Virus record (IMG/VR): IMGVR_UViG_3300032268_000694
Location: 32,001 to 96,000 of that record
Strand: one strand, 5' to 3'
DNA: 64,000 nt
Source of the DNA: a virus
This document shows, in pieces, positions 58,671 to 64,000 of this stretch. Each line of letters opens with the position of its first letter. The stretch's first letter is position 1. The notes below the pieces were generated by a model. It was not told the DNA's origin. It was given only the letters and a program-made list of their open reading frames with translations, and ran no database searches. Both the position numbers and the translations under genes were made by a program.

Positions 58671-58847
58671 ATGTTTAAAATCACTATGCAGTTCATTCCA
58701 GGAAATGACCAAATATGGGTAGAAAAAATAAACCCAACTGACCCTATTTATCAATATAACGATGAATCAGAAGCACAAGCTAAAGCAGAAGAATTACAAT
58801 CAGCTGACGCAACGGGACGCTTATATAGAGTAGATTCTTCTATATAA
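58671..58847 (+). CDS. 58-aa hypothetical protein (not in ORF track)
   Basis: MFKITMQFIPGNDQIWV...GRLYRVDSSI; preceded by ATATTTAT at 58642. Confidence 0.65.
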   Translation: MFKITMQFIPGNDQIWVEKINPTDPIYQYNDESEAQAKAEELQSADATGRLYRVDSSI

Positions 58848-58907
58848 AACAAGTTTGGTTGTCTTAATCCTTTTGTATATATTTATATCAAACAAATAAA
58901 ATTTATT

Positions 58908-59141
58908 ATGACAGTATTAGTAATCTTAATCATCGTTGCCGTAGCGGTATTCGTTGCTATGAAAACCGGTAAGGTAAAAGATGCAAACAACAACAACATT
59001 CCTGACGCTATCGAAAAACCACTCGAAGAAATTAAGGAAGTAATCGCTAAAGTAAAAGCTACTAAAGCACCAAAATCACCAGTTGCTAACCCATCAGCAA
59101 AGAAACCAGTAGCAAAAACAACAGCTAAAAAAGCAAAATAA
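58908..59141 (+). CDS. Small membrane protein with Lys/Ala/Pro-rich tail
   Basis: N-terminal hydrophobic helix; DANNNNIPD. Confidence 0.65.
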   Translation: MTVLVILIIVAVAVFVAMKTGKVKDANNNNIPDAIEKPLEEIKEVIAKVKATKAPKSPVANPSAKKPVAKTTAKKAK

Positions 59142-59154
59142 AAAAAAAGTAGTT

Positions 59155-59427
59155 ATGAGTTTAAAATTAACGGCTGAAGAATTACAGCAAATAAAAGATC
59201 TACAGTCTAAATATAATCAAACTATATTTGAGGTTGGTGCGTCTGAAGCACAGCTAATTGCATTTCAACAAGGCATTGAGAGGTTACAAAAAGCTAAAGA
59301 AGGTTTAATATCTGATCTATCATCAATTGAACAGAAAGAAACGGAACTAGTTAAATCTCTACAAGAAAAGTACGGACAAGGCAATATAGATCTGGAAACA
59401 GGAGAAATAACATCGGATCAACAATAA
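59155..59427 (+). CDS. Small coiled-coil protein
   Basis: Heptad pattern; C-terminal KYGQGNIDLETGEI. Confidence 0.65.
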   Translation: MSLKLTAEELQQIKDLQSKYNQTIFEVGASEAQLIAFQQGIERLQKAKEGLISDLSSIEQKETELVKSLQEKYGQGNIDLETGEITSDQQ

Positions 59428-59502
59428 CCTGCGGTTTATAATTGTTTTTGGATATTTATTATTAGGTCAATCCTATTAAATTTTCAAAAACAATTATAAA
59501 AA

Positions 59503-61221
59503 ATGGGCGAAAAAATTTTATCTCCTGGCGTATTCCAAAATGAATCTGACCAATCGTTAGTTCAAAGAGGTATCCAAGGTACAGCAACTGCTTTAGTTGG
59601 TCCAACTGTGTTGGGTCAACCATTTGTTCCTACCTATGTTACTTCATATAGTGAATTTGCACAAAAATTCGGAGAAACATTCAAAAGTGGTAGTTACTAC
59701 TACGAATATTTAACATCATTAGCTGCTTACGATTTCTTTAATAATGGTGGTCAAACATTATTAGTAACTAGAGTTATCAGTGGTACATCTGGTGTTAGCA
59801 CATATGCAAGTGCAAGTGTTGCTAGCTCTGCATCTCTTGGCACTTCATTTACTCTTGAAACATTAGCTTGGGGTGATCAAATGAACAACTCCGGTAGTAT
59901 TACAAATGGTGCTTTAGCATTAGGTACTGCAACTAACGTTCGCTACGAAATTATTAGTTTAAACACAGGAAGTGGTACATTTAACTTAGCAATACGTGCT
60001 GGTAATGACAATACTGCTCAAACTAACTATTTAGAAACCTTTCCTAACTTATCATTAGACCCAGCTTTACCTAACTATATCTCTCGTGTTATTGGTGATA
60101 CTAAACCAGTTTACAGAGTGGATGGTGATGGTACTCCATACATTGATTACACTGGCTCTTATGCTAATGCTTCTTCATATGTTCGTATAAAATCAGTAAC
60201 CACTCCAAACATAGATTCAATTGATAATAATGGTAATTTTAAAACAGGATCTTATAGTGGTAGTTTACCAATAGTAGGTAGTGGTTCAATTGGTGGTGCT
60301 TTTCAAGGTGGTTTAGCTGCAACAGCAACTACTCAATTTATGAATGAAACAATTACAACAACAAACATTCAAGGATTTGCTCCAGCTGATTACCAAGTAG
60401 CTTTCAATTTATTAAATAATAAAGACGAATACCAATTCAATGTATTAATAGCACCAGGTATTACTTTAGATAACAGTGCTGCTGCAACAATGATTTCTAC
60501 TTGTGAAGGTAGAGGTGATGCTATTGCAATGATGGATTGTAAAGTATATGGTTCAACTGTAACAGGTGCTACTGCAGTTGCTTCTGGTCAGTCTAGTAAC
60601 TACGCTGCTACTTATTGGCCTTGGGTTCAATTATTCTCAACTAAACTAGGCAAAGCAGTATGGGCTCCAGCTTCAACTATAATGGGTGGTGTTTTAGCAT
60701 TCAACGACCAAGTAGGTGCTGAATGGTTCGCACCAGCTGGTTTAAACAGAGGTGGTGTTAGCGCATTAAAAGCTGAAAGAAAATTATCTCAAGCAGATCG
60801 TGATGCATTATATGAAGGTAATGTTAACCCATTAGCTACATTCCCAGGAAATGGTGTTGTAGTATTTGGTCAAAAGACATTACAGAAGAAAGCTACAGCT
60901 TTAGATAGAGTAAATGTTCGTCGTTTATTAATTACATTAAAAGATTTCATCGGTCAAGTTGGAAACAACTTAGTATTCGAACAAAATACAACAATAACTC
61001 GTAATAGATTCTTATCTCAAGTAAACCCTTACTTAGATAGTATTGTACAAAGACAAGGTTTGTATGCTTACCAAGTAGTGATGGATGATTCAAATAACAC
61101 ACCTGATGTAATCGATAGAAACCAATTAGTAGGTCAGATTTATATTCAACCAACTAAGACAGCTGAATTTATCATATTAAATTTCAACGTATTACCAACT
61201 GGCGCTACATTCCCTGGATAA
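59503..61221 (+). CDS. Tail sheath protein (T4 gp18-like)
   Basis: LSPGV, YWPW, WFAPAGLNRG, GQKTLQ, DRVNVRRL, FEQN, PTKTAEFI. Confidence 0.96.
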   Translation: MGEKILSPGVFQNESDQSLVQRGIQGTATALVGPTVLGQPFVPTYVTSYSEFAQKFGETFKSGSYYYEYLTSLAAYDFFNNGGQTLLVTRVISGTSGVSTYASASVASSASLGTSFTLETLAWGDQMNNSGSITNGALALGTATNVRYEIISLNTGSGTFNLAIRAGNDNTAQTNYLETFPNLSLDPALPNYISRVIGDTKPVYRVDGDGTPYIDYTGSYANASSYVRIKSVTTPNIDSIDNNGNFKTGSYSGSLPIVGSGSIGGAFQGGLAATATTQFMNETITTTNIQGFAPADYQVAFNLLNNKDEYQFNVLIAPGITLDNSAAATMISTCEGRGDAIAMMDCKVYGSTVTGATAVASGQSSNYAATYWPWVQLFSTKLGKAVWAPASTIMGGVLAFNDQVGAEWFAPAGLNRGGVSALKAERKLSQADRDALYEGNVNPLATFPGNGVVVFGQKTLQKKATALDRVNVRRLLITLKDFIGQVGNNLVFEQNTTITRNRFLSQVNPYLDSIVQRQGLYAYQVVMDDSNNTPDVIDRNQLVGQIYIQPTKTAEFIILNFNVLPTGATFPG

Positions 61222-61271
61222 GGGATGTAGTTGCTTAATATTTATTAATAGCAATATAAACACAACATAAA

Positions 61272-61757
61272 ATGGCTGTATTATCACCAAACGAAATAAT
61301 GTTCACAGCGTTTGAACCTAAAGTTCAGAATCGTTTTATCATGTACATCGATGGTATTCCTGCGTACTTGATTAAAAAAGCAACTGCTCCCGGATTTGAA
61401 GCTGGTGAAATTATTTTAGATCATATCAACGTTTACCGTAAAGTTAAAGGTAAAGTTCGTTGGAATGATATGACTTTAGAATTATACGATCCTGTAACCC
61501 CATCTGGTGCTCAATCAGTAATGGAATGGGCTCGTTTAGCACACGAATCAGTAACTGGTCGTGATGGTTACTCAGATTTCTACAAAAAGAGTATCACATT
61601 AGACATCTTAGGTCCAGTAGGTGATGTAGTAGGTGAGTGGATTATCAACGGTGCTTACGTTAAAAATGCAACTTTCGGTGATTACGATTGGAGCTCAGAC
61701 GCTGCTATTAGCTTATCAGTAGTGATAGCTATGGATTATTGCGTATTGAACTTCTAA
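61272..61757 (+). CDS. Tail tube protein (T4 gp19-like)
   Basis: EPKVQNRF, KGKVRWND, YKKSITL; follows the sheath. Confidence 0.9.
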   Translation: MAVLSPNEIMFTAFEPKVQNRFIMYIDGIPAYLIKKATAPGFEAGEIILDHINVYRKVKGKVRWNDMTLELYDPVTPSGAQSVMEWARLAHESVTGRDGYSDFYKKSITLDILGPVGDVVGEWIINGAYVKNATFGDYDWSSDAAISLSVVIAMDYCVLNF

Positions 61758-61782
61758 TTATATTTCAATATCTTTTTATATA

Positions 61783-61813
61783 AGGCGTCTGCTTTTAGCA
61801 GACGTCTTTTTTT
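61783..61813 (+). terminator. Rho-independent terminator
   Basis: AGGCGTCTGCT-TTT-AGCAGACGTCT followed by a T run. Confidence 0.85.
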
Positions 61814-61830
61814 ATTTTATATTTATATCC

Positions 61831-62325
61831 ATGGAATTATTAAATTCATTTGATAAAACAAAACTAGATTTAGAAAATCCTTCACCATCGGGTTTTAATA
61901 GGCTCGATACTATTACTGATTACAACGCTAATAGTACAGGTACCCCAACTAGTACAGCAAATCCTGGTGCTCCATCTCGTTTTTTTCAAAAATTTGCTCC
62001 ACAAGAAACATATTTACAGTACGTTAAAGATTTACCTGGCAAAAGTAATTTATTAAATTTAAGTGGTCCTAATAGTAATATTGATATTTCCACCAACATC
62101 AACTATTCAATATTTGACGCTACTAACCTTGACATTGAAAAACCAGGAGTTAATGGCGGTATTCCGTATAAGCAAGAAAAAGACCCAACAGTATACCCAG
62201 TAACAACACAAAGAGTAACATCATTAAGGGGAACATTTCCAGTACAGGGAGAGGGCGCTAAAAAATACACCCAAACATTTACCCCAACTAAAACATACTC
62301 AGAGTTTATAAAGAAGTTTATTTAA
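61831..62325 (+). CDS. Hypothetical tail-region protein with internal duplication
   Basis: FDKTKLDLENP...QKFAPQETY and FDATNLDIEKP...QTFTPTKTY. Confidence 0.6.
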   Translation: MELLNSFDKTKLDLENPSPSGFNRLDTITDYNANSTGTPTSTANPGAPSRFFQKFAPQETYLQYVKDLPGKSNLLNLSGPNSNIDISTNINYSIFDATNLDIEKPGVNGGIPYKQEKDPTVYPVTTQRVTSLRGTFPVQGEGAKKYTQTFTPTKTYSEFIKKFI

Positions 62326-62388
62326 TACTTACTTGGTAAATGCCTTTTTTCTTCGTATATTTATATATATAATAAATAAAATAAGTTT

Positions 62389-63132
62389 ATGGCTGAATTA
62401 AAAATTCCAACAGAAATCGTTTCGTTACCTTCAAAAGGCTTATTGTATCCTGAAACATCTCTACTATCTAAAGGTGAAGTTGAGATGAAATACATGACAG
62501 CAAAAGAAGAAGATATCCTTACGAATACCAACTACATCCGTCAAGGTACCGTTATTGATAAATTATTACAAGCACTAGTTGTAACACCAATTGACTATAA
62601 TGAATTATTAGTTGGTGATAAAAATGCAATTATGGTTGCTGCTCGCGTATTAGGTTATGGTAAAGATTATACTTTTACCTATAATGGTAAAGAAGCTACA
62701 GTAGATCTATCTACATTAGAAGATAAAGTAGTTGATGAATCGTTATTTACCCGTGGTATAAATGAATTTACATTTACAACACCAAAAATCGAAAATGTAC
62801 TAACATTCAGACTGTTAACACACAGTGATGAGAAAAAAATCGAAGCTGAAGTTAATGGTATGAAGAAAATCAACCCAGATTCTTCAACAGATATTACGAC
62901 TCGTTTAAAATATATGATTACATCTGTGAATGGTGATCGTGAACAAAAATCAATTCGTGATTTCGTTGATAATCATTTACTAGCACCAGATGCTAGAGCA
63001 TTACGCGAATATTATGGCAAAGTCACCCCAGACGTTAATTTAATCTTCAAACCAGAAGATGAAAACTATACAGGGGAGGGTATAGCGGTACCTATTAATC
63101 TTAACTTTTTTTGGCCTGACTTCGGATTATAG
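62389..63132 (+). CDS. Baseplate hub assembly/tail chaperone (T4 gp26-like)
   Basis: LPSKGLLY, MTAKEEDIL, C-terminal FFWP. Confidence 0.8.
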   Translation: MAELKIPTEIVSLPSKGLLYPETSLLSKGEVEMKYMTAKEEDILTNTNYIRQGTVIDKLLQALVVTPIDYNELLVGDKNAIMVAARVLGYGKDYTFTYNGKEATVDLSTLEDKVVDESLFTRGINEFTFTTPKIENVLTFRLLTHSDEKKIEAEVNGMKKINPDSSTDITTRLKYMITSVNGDREQKSIRDFVDNHLLAPDARALREYYGKVTPDVNLIFKPEDENYTGEGIAVPINLNFFWPDFGL

Positions 63133-63139
63133 ATTAATT

Positions 63140-63394
63140 ATGTTTTCACAAATCCATGATATTGTATTTCATGGAAATGGTGGGTATGACTGGGAAACAA
63201 TATACCATATGCCTATATGGTTGCGTAGATTCACATTTAATAAAGTAAAAGAATTTTACGATAAACAGAATGAAGAAAAAGATAAAATTGAAAATACGTT
63301 AGCAAATAAAAGTAATAAAAACGACTTATCGCGACCAAACATAGCTCCAAAACAACCCACACCAACATATATAGTAAAGGCGCCTAAGAAATAG
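63140..63394 (+). CDS. Small tail-assembly protein, probably also a frameshift extension of 62389
   Basis: YHMPIWLRRF; frame is open back to 63086 across a T7 run. Confidence 0.65.
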   Translation: MFSQIHDIVFHGNGGYDWETIYHMPIWLRRFTFNKVKEFYDKQNEEKDKIENTLANKSNKNDLSRPNIAPKQPTPTYIVKAPKK

Positions 63395-63402
63395 GCGCTT
63401 TT
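63376..63402 (+). terminator. Rho-independent terminator overlapping the stop codon
   Basis: AAAGGCGCCTA-AGAAA-TAGGCGCTTTT. Confidence 0.7.
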
Positions 63403-63434
63403 AATATTTATATATAACACATCCGTAATAAATT

Positions 63435-64000
63435 ATGCCTGTTGATCCATTAATACTCGAAAAATTTAGTGATGACTTAGAAACACTGGAAGGTCAACTG
63501 CAAAACATTGCTCGTAACCTAGAAAAAGGCTTATTAAATAAACTATCAGATTCAGTAACTGAGACTAGAAATTTAGTTGATGCTTTTGCTGATGGTGAAG
63601 ATGTTACTAAAAAGTTAGCATCTCAAATGTCAAAGATGCAAAAGGAAAGTAATAAACTTTCTCTTAATGGCATCAAATTACAAAATGACTTAACACGAGT
63701 TCAAGCTTCAGGCAATAGATTAGCCGAAGAAAAAATAAGAAAAGCAATTTTACAAAATAATCTTGCTACTCAAATAATAGAAAAAGAACAAACTCTTCTT
63801 AATTCTATCCAACAACAAGTTGAGGCTCAAAAAGGAGCATCTAAAGCCTTAGCAGACCAAATTAAGTCAGCTTTTTCTTTTGAAAAAATAATGTCTTCGG
63901 GTATAGTCAAAGCTGTCCTTGCCGTAGACACTCAAGTAACAAATCTTAATAAATCACTAGGCGTTAGTTACGAATCAGCAAAGGAGTTAAGAGATGGTAT
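63435..64000 (+). CDS. Tape measure protein, 5' part (runs off the window; not in ORF track)
   Basis: MPVDPLILEKF..., long open helical frame, ...VDTQVTNLNKSLGVS; follows the chaperone pair. Confidence 0.75.
   Translation, partial: MPVDPLILEKFSDDLETLEGQLQNIARNLEKGLLNKLSDSVTETRNLVDAFADGEDVTKKLASQMSKMQKESNKLSLNGIKLQNDLTRVQASGNRLAEEKIRKAILQNNLATQIIEKEQTLLNSIQQQVEAQKGASKALADQIKSAFSFEKIMSSGIVKAVLAVDTQVTNLNKSLGVSYESAKELRDG

Noticed and set aside
61204-61231. Hairpin over the sheath stop codon as a terminator
   Set aside because: The stem GCTACATtCCCT/AGGGATGTAGT exists but lacks a U tract; it may be only a stability element
1-64000. Alternative genetic code (TAG or TGA recoding)
   Set aside because: Conserved genes are intact in code 11, and TAG ends genes at their expected C-termini (protease 17910, PhoH 21481)
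1-64000. tRNA, rRNA, introns, homing endonucleases, integrase or IS elements
   Set aside because: No cloverleaf or T-loop motif was seen in the short spacers; terminase, portal, capsid and sheath genes appear uninterrupted

Overview
64 kb of a large, AT-rich (roughly 30% GC by eye) T4-like myovirus genome, almost all on the + strand and read with the standard code. It holds the late/structural region: terminase large subunit, portal, prohead protease, scaffold, major capsid, PhoH, neck/tail-completion proteins, Ser/Thr-rich fibre genes, sheath, tube, tail chaperone pair and the start of the tape measure. About a dozen putative internal head proteins surround the head genes. A ~24 kb island (34.4-58.6 kb) encodes glycosyltransferases, SGNH proteins, a methyltransferase, a radical SAM enzyme, NDP-sugar enzymes, a carbamoyltransferase, PAPS-synthesis genes and a sulfotransferase. 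A-rich leaders without Shine-Dalgarno suggest a Bacteroidota host (inference). The best novelty candidate is ORF 55271-57040. It has a circularly permuted ATP-grasp-like domain, a Hint domain able to cleave only at its C-terminus, a 42-aa peptide with 8 Cys, and an S74 autocleaving chaperone, which together suggest a one-gene self-processing peptide system. Other highlights: an ATATTTAT promoter-like motif before about 24 gene starts, a pseudoknot/terminator riboswitch-like element, a three-way-junction leader RNA, a +1/-2 frameshift candidate in the tail chaperone, and pervasive (S/T)GS motifs in virion proteins beside the glycosylation/sulfation island. All family calls are motif recognition by eye; no database searches were run.
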